Shown: positions 16,266-26,157 of the stretch, in pieces
How the letters are laid out: the number at the start of each line of letters is the position of its first letter
How positions within the stretch are numbered: position 1 is the stretch's first letter
DNA from: Planctomycetota bacterium
GTDB taxonomy: Bacteria > Planctomycetota > UBA1135 > UBA2386
Assembly: GCA_965223545.1 (NCBI GenBank)
Contig: OZ245006.1
Coordinates: 3,904,001 to 3,968,000 of the forward strand
Direction of reading: 5' to 3'
Length of the DNA stretch: 64,000 bases
The notes under the pieces: generated by a model
What the model saw: the letters and a program-made list of their open reading frames with translations, nothing else
Database searches by the model: none
What the model was told of the DNA's origin: nothing
Program-made: the position numbers and the translations under genes

Positions 16266-19200
16266 GCGGGCCGGCGCTCGACACCGACGAGCGTTGGCTG
16301 GCCGAGCAGTTCGACGCTTTCGTCGAAGCCGTGCTCGAGGGCGAAACGCCCGTGCCGAGCGCGGCGGCGCAGCAGCGCCCTCATCTGGCGGATCGCTTGC
16401 GCGAGCTCGCCGATCTCGCGCGTGAAGTCAGCAATGGCAGCCGCAGCGATGATCCCACCGTCGCGCCGCCCACCGGCGCCGCCCGGCACTTCGGCGATTT
16501 CGAGCTGATCCGCAGACTGGGCCAGGGTGGCATGGGGTGCGTGTACGTCGCGCTGCAACGCAGTCTGCAACGGCTGGTGGCGCTCAAACTCGTGCACCGC
16601 GGCCACGCCAGCTCCAACGCCACGCGCGCACGGTTCGCGCGCGAGGCCAAGGCCATCGCCAAGCTCCGCCATCCCAACATCGTCGCGGTGCACGCCAGCG
16701 GCGAACGCGACGGCGTGCAGTTCATCGCGATGGAGCTCGTCGACGGCGCCGGCCTCGACGTACACATCGCCGACGCGGCCACGCCGGTGGCGCGCTACGT
16801 CGAGTGGGCCCGCGACGTGGCGCGCGCGCTCGACTACGCGCATGCGCACGGCATCGTCCACCGCGACGTCAAGCCGACCAACGTGCGCATCACCGCCGAC
16901 GGCTGCGCAATGCTGCTCGACTTCGGTCTCGCCCGCGACGAGGACGACGCCTCGCTGACGCGCACCGGCACGTTTCAGGGCTCACCCCACTACGCGCCAC
17001 CGGAGCACATCCACGGCCGCGCCGTCGGTCCACAAGGCGACGTCTACTCGCTGGGCGTCACCCTCTACGAGTGCCTCGCCGGCCGGCTGCCGTTCTCCGG
17101 CAAGACCACCCAGGCGCTGTTCTACAACGTGCTCACGCGGGTCCCGCGCACGCTCCGCAGCCTCAACCCGGCGGTATCGACCGACCTCGAGACGGTGGTG
17201 CACAAGGCGATCGAGAAGGAACCGGCGGCCCGGTATTCGTCGGCCGGCGCGCTGGCCGAAGATCTCGACGCCGTCCTCGAGCTGCGCACGATCCAGGCCC
17301 GACCCACGGGCCCGGTCACGCGCGCGATCCGCTGGGCGCGACGCAGGCCATCGGCCGCGGCGGCCATCGCCACGGCCTTGCTGGCATTGTTGGCGATCCC
17401 GGTCTCGGTCGCCGTCGAGCGCGCCGCGCATGCCCGCACACGGGTCGCCCAGGCCACTCGACTCCTGAGAGAAGTCGAAGACGGGGTGCAGACCTACGCA
17501 AGACTCTGGCGCGATCATCAGGTCATCCGCGACGCCTACAGGTCCACGGACGTCGCGATGCAACGCCGTTTCGTCCCTCGCGAGGAGACCGCGAAGATGC
17601 CCACCCTGCGCATCGACATCGCGCAGCGGCAGCAGGAGCGGCAGTCGCTGCAACACGAGCTGCTGGCAACGCTGCGGCGCGCCGAGCTTCTCGATCCGAC
17701 TCCCGCGGTGCACGCTGCGGCGGACCGCTTGCGGGCCGACCTGCTCATCGAGCTGTGGCGCGAGGAGCGCTCGATCGAGGGAGACGCCGAGGACGTGGAA
17801 GCGCTCACCGAGAGCCGTGCCCGCTCGTGGGCGCTGGCCGACCGCGTTCGCGCGCACGATACCGCGCGTCGCTACGTCGACGAGCTCGAGCAGCGTGTAT
17901 GCGATCTGCACATCATCAGCAAGGTCGACGGCGCTCGCGTGCAGCTCTTCCGGTTCACGCGCATCGGCGATGGCCGCCTGGTGCCGGCGCCGCTCGACGA
18001 GCCCGCGTCACCACCCGTCCCCTACGGCCAGCGCGTGCTGCGCGTCACCACCGCGACTCCACCTCTGCAAGCCGAGGACCTGATCACGCAGATCGCTGGC
18101 GAACCGGTGAGCGACACGATGTTCGCCTCCGATGCCACGGGGGCGTTGATGCGCGTCGTCTCGATCGACGGCCGTGCCGTCCGCGAGCTGCACGACGTCC
18201 GCAGCGCCGCCAGCGCCGCCAGCGCGGCCGGCGTCGTCGTGCGATTGCGGAACGAGGGTCGCGTGATCGAGCGACGCGCCGCATCGTGGTCGGAGCTGGG
18301 TCTGGAGTTCTACACCCCACGACAGCTCGCCGATCGCGGCGGGATCCACGCCCGCGTCTGGCACCGGGGCCGAATCACCGACCTCGAGCTGCCCCGCGGC
18401 CTGACGACCAGAACAACCGCGACCCCCTTGCTCATCGACCTCGAACAGCACGGCAAAAAGCTGCCTTGTTCGCTCACCGCGCTGACACCCGGCCACTACC
18501 TGGTGGTGGTCGAGCATGCCTGTGGCTCGCGCACTCGCCGCGTCGCCCGCCTCTACGGCCCGGGCTCGTACACGCTGGATGTGTTCCTACCCGGCACGTC
18601 GCAGAACCTGCCGCGCACCGGATTCGTCGACCTCGGTGACTTCGATGGCAGCGGCGCACACCGTTGGATCCGGGATCACGAGGTCACATGCGGTGAGTAT
18701 CTGGAGTACTTGAACGACAGCGCCACGCTGGCCGAGGTCGACGCCCACGCCCCGGTGCCGACGCGGTTCCCCCGACCCAACCCCGCCGACCGCCGCGGCG
18801 GCACCTGGCCACGGCGCGGCGGCGGCCTCTTCGCGCTGCCCGACGGCGTCACCGCCGACATGCCCGTGCTCGGCATCTCCTACTACGACGCCAAGGCCTT
18901 CGCCGCTTGGCTGACCAAGAGACACGCCGGCACCGGCATCGAGTTCGACCTACCGACCGCGACGGAGTGGTCCGCCGCCTCCCACAGTCCGGGGTTCTAC
19001 CCGTTCGGCAACCACTTCATGCCGCATTGGACCAGCTGCTGCTTCTCCCGCCCGAGCCCCGGGCTCGAACCGGTCTTGAGCTATCCGACCGACGAGACCG
19101 CGATGGGAGTCTTCGACATGAGTGGCAGCGTCTTCGAGTGGCTCGACCACGACAACCACGGCGGCGGCAAGTCGGTCGCGGGCGGCGCCTTCAACGAAGG

Positions 19201-19306
19201 CGACCGCGCGCTGTTCCGCGTCACGCACAAGACGCCGCGGCCGCCGGACTACATCGGCACCAACGTCGGCTTCCGGCTGGTTGCCCGGCGGCGCATGTCG
19301 CGTTAG
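16262..19306 (+). CDS. Hanks-type Ser/Thr protein kinase with TM segment and C-terminal FGE-sulfatase (SUMF1) domain
   Basis: LGQGGMGCVY, VALK, HRDVKPTN, DFGLA, YAPPE, DVYSLG; TM AIATALLALLAIPVSV; HEVTCGEY, LPTATEW, DMSGSVFEW, NVGFRLV. Confidence 0.93.
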   Translation: MSGPALDTDERWLAEQFDAFVEAVLEGETPVPSAAAQQRPHLADRLRELADLAREVSNGSRSDDPTVAPPTGAARHFGDFELIRRLGQGGMGCVYVALQRSLQRLVALKLVHRGHASSNATRARFAREAKAIAKLRHPNIVAVHASGERDGVQFIAMELVDGAGLDVHIADAATPVARYVEWARDVARALDYAHAHGIVHRDVKPTNVRITADGCAMLLDFGLARDEDDASLTRTGTFQGSPHYAPPEHIHGRAVGPQGDVYSLGVTLYECLAGRLPFSGKTTQALFYNVLTRVPRTLRSLNPAVSTDLETVVHKAIEKEPAARYSSAGALAEDLDAVLELRTIQARPTGPVTRAIRWARRRPSAAAAIATALLALLAIPVSVAVERAAHARTRVAQATRLLREVEDGVQTYARLWRDHQVIRDAYRSTDVAMQRRFVPREETAKMPTLRIDIAQRQQERQSLQHELLATLRRAELLDPTPAVHAAADRLRADLLIELWREERSIEGDAEDVEALTESRARSWALADRVRAHDTARRYVDELEQRVCDLHIISKVDGARVQLFRFTRIGDGRLVPAPLDEPASPPVPYGQRVLRVTTATPPLQAEDLITQIAGEPVSDTMFASDATGALMRVVSIDGRAVRELHDVRSAASAASAAGVVVRLRNEGRVIERRAASWSELGLEFYTPRQLADRGGIHARVWHRGRITDLELPRGLTTRTTATPLLIDLEQHGKKLPCSLTALTPGHYLVVVEHACGSRTRRVARLYGPGSYTLDVFLPGTSQNLPRTGFVDLGDFDGSGAHRWIRDHEVTCGEYLEYLNDSATLAEVDAHAPVPTRFPRPNPADRRGGTWPRRGGGLFALPDGVTADMPVLGISYYDAKAFAAWLTKRHAGTGIEFDLPTATEWSAASHSPGFYPFGNHFMPHWTSCCFSRPSPGLEPVLSYPTDETAMGVFDMSGSVFEWLDHDNHGGGKSVAGGAFNEGDRALFRVTHKTPRPPDYIGTNVGFRLVARRRMSR

Positions 19307-19524
19307 CCGGGCAACCACGCCGGAACGCGGCGGCGGGTACTGAATCCAGAAGCAGATCCGGAGTGAATCTGCGGGGCCATGGGCTTCGGGAGCCGGCGGG
19401 CCACACTGAGTTGGTTTGCCGTGCGCGCGCACGGTCGGTCGGTTCACTCAGGAGGTCCTCGGTGATGGCCGGATTTCGTTTGCCCGTTGAACCCGAAGCC
19501 AACCCTCGAGAGCGGAGGCACCCC

Positions 19525-20232
19525 ATGGCGAGCTTCCTTTCCATTCTCAGCGCCCCGTTGCGCGTTCCCCTGAAGCTGGTCGGAGCCGGTGTCCTGGTTG
19601 GGGCCGGGGCGGTGGCGTTCGGCGACTACGGCACGTCGATTCGCTCCACCGTCAGCCAATGGGTCGGGCTGTCCAGCTGGCTGGACGAAGACGCGTTCGA
19701 CCCTGGCTTGGTCGGCAACCCCGACAAGGAGCTCGACTTCCTTCGCCAAGTCCGCGATCAGCTCGAGCCCAAGGTCGGGCGCGCCAAGGCGCTCATTCGC
19801 AAGCACCAAGCCGAGATCAGCTACCTCCGAGAGCTGACCAAGTTCGTCGAGCGCCGCATCCCGCAGGCCGAGCTAGCCCTTTGGAACGCCGACGCAACCC
19901 CGGTCGCGAAGCTCACGGCAAGCGCGGACACCGAGAACCCGTCGCCAGAACTGCGCACGTGGCTCGGTTATCAGGAGCGCATCGGGGCTCTGCAAGACTC
20001 GCTCGCCAACCTCGCCGGCTTGATCGGGCGGGTCGACGCCCTCAACAACCGCCTCGACTCCCGCCGCGAGCAGACTCTAGGCCTGGTCTCGGACGACCAA
20101 CTACCCAGCGGTGAGAGGCGGCCTCGCGTGCAGGTTGCGCCGGAACTGGCAGAAGCCGAGCAGCTGCTGTCGGACGCGCACGAGACGCTGTTCAAGGCAC
20201 TGCACGCGCTGGACCCGGAGCTCGTGCGCTAA
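19525..20232 (+). CDS. Hypothetical protein with N-terminal hydrophobic segment and coiled coil, first gene of the eCIS operon
   Basis: GGAGG RBS before ATG 19525; LVGAGVLVGAGAVAF; heptad-rich body; 8-bp gap to the ATPase. Confidence 0.65.
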   Translation: MASFLSILSAPLRVPLKLVGAGVLVGAGAVAFGDYGTSIRSTVSQWVGLSSWLDEDAFDPGLVGNPDKELDFLRQVRDQLEPKVGRAKALIRKHQAEISYLRELTKFVERRIPQAELALWNADATPVAKLTASADTENPSPELRTWLGYQERIGALQDSLANLAGLIGRVDALNNRLDSRREQTLGLVSDDQLPSGERRPRVQVAPELAEAEQLLSDAHETLFKALHALDPELVR

Positions 20233-20240
20233 GGCACGCA

Positions 20241-22226
20241 ATGGCAGAGTCTGCGGTGGCTGCACTGCTGCCGGCGCTCTCCTGGTTGGAGGCGCGCATC
20301 GAGTGGAAGGCGGCGGCAGAAGGGGTGCGCGGCACAGTCGCGGCCACTCACCCCGACACCACACTTGACGGACTCGAGCCAGGCGACCGCTTGGCGTGGT
20401 TGTCGGCTGCGTTTGGGCTCGACTCTTTCGAGCGGGCCGTCGTGTTGCTGCTGAGCGCCATGGAACTCGACTCGCGCTACGCGGAAGTTCTGCGCGCAGC
20501 CCGGGCGGAGCGTGGCGCGGTACCGAGCGTCGGGTGTGCACTCTGGCTGCTGTGCGACGACGCACCGGAGAGGATTGTGCGGCGCGACTGCTTCTCCTTC
20601 GACGCGCCGCTGGTGCGCCACGGCCTCGTGCTGTTGACGCCCGCCGCCACGCGACTGCAATGCGGGTTGCGAATTGCCCCACAGATACTCGACTACGTCC
20701 TCGACACGGACCGCATCGACGAACGTCTCGCGGGCCGGGCGCGACGCTGGCCGGGATCGGAGCGAGACGACTGGGTGAACCACGTCGGACAGCGAGCCCA
20801 TGCGATCCAGGCAGCGGCCCGCGCCGCCCAGCAGCGCGACGGGAGACTGACGATCTACCTGCAGGCCCCGACCACTGCCGGCCGACACGCCGCCCGCTCG
20901 CTCGCCAAGGCACTCCGTGCCCGCGTGCTCGAGCTGGATCTGCGCGACGTCGCGGATGTACCTACAACGGTGCGGGTGGCGGCTCGTCAGGCCTGGCTCG
21001 ATGACGACGTGCTGTTGCTCGAAGGAATCGATCCCGGCTCGCGCCAGTGCGATCAAAGCCTCGACGCGTTGGCTGAATACCCCGGCGTGACGGTGCTCCG
21101 CGGCGCGCCGCCCTGGCGAACCGACGGCGAGCTGCCCGTCGTGCCGCTCTCGTTGGCCCAACCAGCGCAGCGCGAGCGCGCCGATCTCTGGCGACAGGCC
21201 GCGGCGGACGCCGGCTTGTCGATCAGCGACACCTGCATCCGGCTGTTGGCCACGCGATATCGCGTCGGCCTGTCCAGCATCGCGGCAGCGGCACAAGACG
21301 CGGCCCTGCAACGCACGATCCGTTCCCGGCCAACACCGCACGACGACGATCAGTTGCTGTCCTCGGCGCGCGGCTTGGTCGGGCGGCATCTCGAGCAGAT
21401 GGCACAACGCATCGAGCCGCGCCGCCGCTGGGACTCGCTCGTGCTACCCCCCGAGCCCGACCGACAGCTGCACGAGTTCGCCGCGCGCGTCACCCACGCG
21501 GAGACGGTCCTTCGCGACTGGGGGTTTGCCAGCCGGTTGGGCAATGGGACTGCGCCGGTCGCGCTGTTCAGCGGCCCATCGGGGTGCGGTAAGACTCTGG
21601 CGGCGGAGGTTGTGGCCGCCGAGGTCGGCGCCGATCTCTTCTGTGTCAATCTCGGCGGCGTGGTCAGCAAGTACATCGGTGAGACCGAGAGCAACCTCGA
21701 GCGGATCTTCACGGCGGCATCCGACGGCGCGGGATTGCTCTTCTTCGACGAAGCGGACGCTCTCTTTGGCAAGCGTTCCGAGGTGCGCGAGGCACACGAT
21801 CGCTACGCCAACCTCGAGGTGTCGTACCTGCTCCAGCGCATCGAACAATTCGACGGTCCAGGCGTTGTGCTCGCGAGCAACAACAAGACCAACCTCGACG
21901 AGGCGTTCCTGCGCCGGTTCAGCATGGTCGTACATTTTCCGATCCCTGACGTCGAAAGCTTGCAGCGGATCTGGCGCTGCATTTGGCCCGCCGGAACGCC
22001 CAAGGCGGCGGACCTCGACCTCGACCTTCTGGCGCGGCGGCATCGACTGACCGGCGGCAACGTTCGCAACATCGCGCTCGCCGCGGCGTTCTATGCCGCT
22101 GAGGAGCGCGCGGCCGTCGGAATGGCGCACGTCGAGCGCGCGTTGCTCTGCGAGATGCAGAAGCTCGGCAGCAATCCATTGCTGCTGAACCGTGTACCGC
22201 CCCGGGCCGCGGCGGGGCGTGGATGA
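20241..22226 (+). CDS. eCIS AAA+ ATPase (Afp15/Pvc15-like)
   Basis: Walker A GPSGCGKT, VVSKYIGETE, Walker B LFFDEADALFGKRSEV, DRYANLEVSYLLQRIE. Confidence 0.92.
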   Translation: MAESAVAALLPALSWLEARIEWKAAAEGVRGTVAATHPDTTLDGLEPGDRLAWLSAAFGLDSFERAVVLLLSAMELDSRYAEVLRAARAERGAVPSVGCALWLLCDDAPERIVRRDCFSFDAPLVRHGLVLLTPAATRLQCGLRIAPQILDYVLDTDRIDERLAGRARRWPGSERDDWVNHVGQRAHAIQAAARAAQQRDGRLTIYLQAPTTAGRHAARSLAKALRARVLELDLRDVADVPTTVRVAARQAWLDDDVLLLEGIDPGSRQCDQSLDALAEYPGVTVLRGAPPWRTDGELPVVPLSLAQPAQRERADLWRQAAADAGLSISDTCIRLLATRYRVGLSSIAAAAQDAALQRTIRSRPTPHDDDQLLSSARGLVGRHLEQMAQRIEPRRRWDSLVLPPEPDRQLHEFAARVTHAETVLRDWGFASRLGNGTAPVALFSGPSGCGKTLAAEVVAAEVGADLFCVNLGGVVSKYIGETESNLERIFTAASDGAGLLFFDEADALFGKRSEVREAHDRYANLEVSYLLQRIEQFDGPGVVLASNNKTNLDEAFLRRFSMVVHFPIPDVESLQRIWRCIWPAGTPKAADLDLDLLARRHRLTGGNVRNIALAAAFYAAEERAAVGMAHVERALLCEMQKLGSNPLLLNRVPPRAAAGRG

Positions 22227-25200
22227 CGGAAACCGGCAAGCGGCGGGCGAAGGCCTCGGTGCGAGCCGGGCCCGAGCAGACGCCGCGCACCCGTCGACCG
22301 CTGTCACAACTCGACATCGGACCCGGCCAACCGCTGGAGGAGTCGACGCGCACCGAGATGGAGGCTCGGTTCGGCGCCGAGTTCGGCGGCGTACGCATCC
22401 ACACCGGCGCAACGGCGGCAGCGGCGGCCGAGAGACTCAACGCCGACGCGTACACCGTCGGGCAGCACATCGTGTTCGGCTCGGGTCGCTACGCACCGCA
22501 GTCTTCCGGCGGCGTCCGGCTCTTGGCCCATGAGCTGGCGCACACCGTTCAACAACGAGGCGGCGGCACCGGCCCACCCGCAGTTCGGCCCGGCGGCGGT
22601 GCGGATCGCAGCGCCGATCGCGCCGCGGCGGCCGTGGCGCGAGGGCGCGATGTGACGACTCCGCTCGGCACAACGGGTGTCGGTGTCGCCCGGCAGTTCC
22701 GCTCCGTCAACTACTTGGCGCTCGACGACTACCGGCTCGAACAGGAGGTCCAGCTGGTGCGCAGTCGGCTCGACGAGCCGGTGAGCTATCCGGAAAGAGA
22801 TGCCGACCAGAAGTACTTGCGCGAGCTCGAAGCCGAAGTCGCGCGTCGGAACCATGTCTCCCGTCCCCCCCCCGCGCCCAAGAAGCGCAAGCCCCCGCTA
22901 CCCAAGGTTTCGGAGAGTGACAGCGCTCGCTTGATGCGGGCGATGCGCGCGGTCGCCAGCATCAAAGCATCGACGGTCGCGAGTAACTCGTACAGTGCAG
23001 TGATCGACGGAGAATCCGTCGAGCTGACGCAGGAGCAGGTCGACAGAGTCCGCGCAACAGCCCGGAATGCGCTCAAGAGCTCAATCATCCGGGTCAGGGG
23101 CACGGCCGCGGGAGCCGCCAAGTCCTACCGCGAACAGACGCAGAGGAACAAAGATCAGTGGATCGTGTCTTCGATCGTCAAGGCCGTGGCCGAGGTGCGG
23201 ACCCTGGGCGACTTCCACGATCCGGGGCCAATCCTCCTTGCCCTCGCCGGAGGCGCGCAAGCCGCGGCGAACAAGGCGCAGCAGGCGGCTGAATCCGGCG
23301 ACTTCATCACGGCCGCGAGGCTGCTTGCCGATGCCGAGTCAGCGGCGACCCGCGCGCAGAAGATGTTCCACGCCTACTGGCAGGGCCTCATCTCCGCCGG
23401 CGAGTTCACTGTCACAACACTGACCTATACCCGCAACGCCGCCGGGGCAACTCTAGCCGTACTCGCGATCGTCGCGACCGGCGGCGCGGCGGCGGCGCCG
23501 ACGACGACGCTGTTCGGCGCATCGGTGAGCACGACGTCGCTGGCCACCGGAATCGCCATCGGTGCGCCCATCGTCCAGGAGTTCGCAGTCGCGGGAGTGC
23601 GCTACAACTTGGGTGAAGACGTCGACTGGGGACGCACTGGTGTCAACGCACTCTTCAGCATCGTCACCGGCAAGTTGGGCGGCAAACTCGGCGGTTCCCT
23701 GTTCAAGTCGCTGGCGGGACGACTGCCGAAGGGCATGACTTCGCAGATGTTCGCGCGGGCCACCAGCGAGGTGGTTGTCGGCCGCGGGAGCGCCGCTCTG
23801 TCCACGGTGGTCAACGCCGTGTACGACAAGGCACGCGGCCGCGACGTGACTTGGAAGCAGCTGCTCGACGACGTCTGGGCCCAGCTCACCGACCCAAAGG
23901 GGCTGCTCGCCGACGCCGCTCTGGGCGCGGTGCAAGCCAGGTATGGCGCCAAACCCGCACCGACGCAGTCAGCGGGCCCGAAGACCCCGGCGACGCCAGC
24001 ACCGCGCCCTTCGGCGCCAACAGCAGCAACGCCGAAAAGTCCCGCGCCGAAGGCGCCGCCACCGCCCCCTGCGAAGCAGGCCACCCCTGCGCCGTCACGC
24101 CCCGCGACCGCGGTCACACGCACGCCGACCGCGGCCAAGAGGCCGACCGCGCCCCGATCGCCGGCGACGAAGTCGCCGGGAGCAACAACGCAACATCAGC
24201 CGAAGACGACACCCGGGTCTGGACCTCGGGCCAAGACCACGGCGCCGAAGGCCGTGGCCAAGGCCGGCGGCGCCAGGCCACCTCGACCGAGTGGCAGCGC
24301 CGCGAAGGCCCCGAGTGCGACCAAGCCCACGTCCCGGACCAAACCCGCCACCAGAGCAAAGGCCAAGCCCGCCGCGGCCAAGAAGAAGGCGGGGGATGCC
24401 GCGCCGACTCCTAAAACCCGGGCCGGCACAAAACCGAAGCGCTCCACCAAGCCGGCGAAAAAGAAGCCTCCCTCGAAACGACGTCGTGGCCGCAAGAAGC
24501 TCAGCAGCGCCGAGAGGAAGCGTCGCCGTCAGGCGCGCGCCGCGGCCAACGCCAAGTTGCCCGATATCAGCGAGCGCTTCACGCCGGGCGGCGGTCGGAC
24601 GAAGAACGGCCGCTATGTCGAGCTCAGTGGGGAGCTCGGCGTGCCGGGGGCTGTGCGCAAGCACCGCAGTCAATCGGCACAGCGCAAGGTGTCCAAGGGA
24701 AAGGGCGACGACGCCGGCCATCTCATCGGCGCCAGGTTTGGCGCTCCACCCGGCGGCAAGAATCTCGGCCTACAGAACTGGCGCGCCAACCGTTTCGGCA
24801 CCTACAAGAAGCTCGAGAACCGCTGGGCGCGCCAGCTCAAACGCGGCGTCCGCGTCAAAGTGACTGTCCGTGAGGTCACGCGCCACGGCGAGAGCCGGCC
24901 CTACATGCGCGAAGTGCGCTGGACCGAGATTCATCCGAACGGCCGCGTGGTGGCGCACGAGCCGGTCCGCTTCGCCAACACACACACACCCCAGAGCCGC
25001 GCGAAACAAAACGTCCCGCCCACGGTCAGCGAGCCGCAAACCAACAACGTCATTCGCGGCCCACAGCGTTGGTTCGACGCCGCTGCCGCCAAGGCCGCCG
25101 CTCAGGCCCCCAAGACCGGGACCTATCGCGACGCCCGCGGCCGGCTGCGCGACCGGGCCACCGGACGCTTCGTCCGCGACCCACAGAATGCGGCCGCCGC

Positions 25201-26038
25201 GCCGAAGCCCGCCGCTGCCAAGCCGACCCCGGCGGCGCGGGCCAAGGCCAGCAGCGCGGCAAACGCTGCGACGCAGAGCCGGGCGAAGCAAACCAGCGCG
25301 CCAGCGGGCCGCGCCGAGCGGCCGGCAGCCGCGAAGCCCAAGACCCCGCCCGCGACTCAACCGAAGGCGACCACCGACAAGCCAAAGCGCCGTCGCCGGA
25401 AGCCGCAATCCGAAACGCCAAGACCAGTCGTGCCCCAATCCACGAACCAGAGCCGTGACGGAGGGGGCGGCGGTGGCGGCGGCGGGGGAGGGAGGCGTCC
25501 ACCGCGCAAACCGGCGCCGACCAGGACGGCACACGCCAGCAGGGACGGCGTCCGCTGGAACGAGGTCCGCCCGCTGTCGCCCGACCGAGTCCACCGCCGC
25601 GGCGCGCCGCAACGCCCTTCCCCTCGAAAGCCCGCCAACACCAAGCGGACGGACGAGTCTCAGACTGCGGCGGACTTCCTCGAGCAGCAGCTCAAGGCCA
25701 AGGGAATCGACCCGGCCGAACTCGACGCCGTGCAGACGGCACCCGGTCGCGGCGGGGGCCTGGGTACCTCCCACGGGGCGAAGGGGATCTCCGCCGAAGA
25801 GCAGGGCCGGCGGTTCTTCTCGTTCAGCAACAAGCCGGGCGCACGTCTCAACGATCGCGGCAGCTCGCGCGCGGACCCCGGCCGGCACGAGGTGATCCTG
25901 GAGCCCGACGCACACGGACGCCTGCGGCCGGTGGGCGGTGGCGAGCTCACCAGCCGGCAACTGGAACAGGCGCAGCAGCAGTACGACGCGATGCGGGCTC
26001 GGCTCGAACGCCCCAAGCCCGACCGAGGCGAGGAGTAG
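22223..26038 (+). CDS. DUF4157 (eCIS core domain) effector with His-Me-finger non-specific endonuclease domain
   Basis: GQPL...MEARFGAEFGGVRIHTG...AYTVGQHIVF...LLAHELAHTVQQ; later DDAGHLIGARFG...NLGLQNWRAN...YKKLENRW; Pro/Lys/Ala-rich linkers. Confidence 0.88.
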   Translation: MTETGKRRAKASVRAGPEQTPRTRRPLSQLDIGPGQPLEESTRTEMEARFGAEFGGVRIHTGATAAAAAERLNADAYTVGQHIVFGSGRYAPQSSGGVRLLAHELAHTVQQRGGGTGPPAVRPGGGADRSADRAAAAVARGRDVTTPLGTTGVGVARQFRSVNYLALDDYRLEQEVQLVRSRLDEPVSYPERDADQKYLRELEAEVARRNHVSRPPPAPKKRKPPLPKVSESDSARLMRAMRAVASIKASTVASNSYSAVIDGESVELTQEQVDRVRATARNALKSSIIRVRGTAAGAAKSYREQTQRNKDQWIVSSIVKAVAEVRTLGDFHDPGPILLALAGGAQAAANKAQQAAESGDFITAARLLADAESAATRAQKMFHAYWQGLISAGEFTVTTLTYTRNAAGATLAVLAIVATGGAAAAPTTTLFGASVSTTSLATGIAIGAPIVQEFAVAGVRYNLGEDVDWGRTGVNALFSIVTGKLGGKLGGSLFKSLAGRLPKGMTSQMFARATSEVVVGRGSAALSTVVNAVYDKARGRDVTWKQLLDDVWAQLTDPKGLLADAALGAVQARYGAKPAPTQSAGPKTPATPAPRPSAPTAATPKSPAPKAPPPPPAKQATPAPSRPATAVTRTPTAAKRPTAPRSPATKSPGATTQHQPKTTPGSGPRAKTTAPKAVAKAGGARPPRPSGSAAKAPSATKPTSRTKPATRAKAKPAAAKKKAGDAAPTPKTRAGTKPKRSTKPAKKKPPSKRRRGRKKLSSAERKRRRQARAAANAKLPDISERFTPGGGRTKNGRYVELSGELGVPGAVRKHRSQSAQRKVSKGKGDDAGHLIGARFGAPPGGKNLGLQNWRANRFGTYKKLENRWARQLKRGVRVKVTVREVTRHGESRPYMREVRWTEIHPNGRVVAHEPVRFANTHTPQSRAKQNVPPTVSEPQTNNVIRGPQRWFDAAAAKAAAQAPKTGTYRDARGRLRDRATGRFVRDPQNAAAAPKPAAAKPTPAARAKASSAANAATQSRAKQTSAPAGRAERPAAAKPKTPPATQPKATTDKPKRRRRKPQSETPRPVVPQSTNQSRDGGGGGGGGGGGRRPPRKPAPTRTAHASRDGVRWNEVRPLSPDRVHRRGAPQRPSPRKPANTKRTDESQTAADFLEQQLKAKGIDPAELDAVQTAPGRGGGLGTSHGAKGISAEEQGRRFFSFSNKPGARLNDRGSSRADPGRHEVILEPDAHGRLRPVGGGELTSRQLEQAQQQYDAMRARLERPKPDRGEE

Positions 26039-26157
26039 CGCAGTCGGCGGGCGGGGATCCAGATCCCCGCGGGCAGCCGGATGGATCCCTTATGGCTCCC
26101 GTGGGCCATGTCGACGGGACGGCCGGCGCAGTCAGATGAGACTCGCTTCGACCGCCG

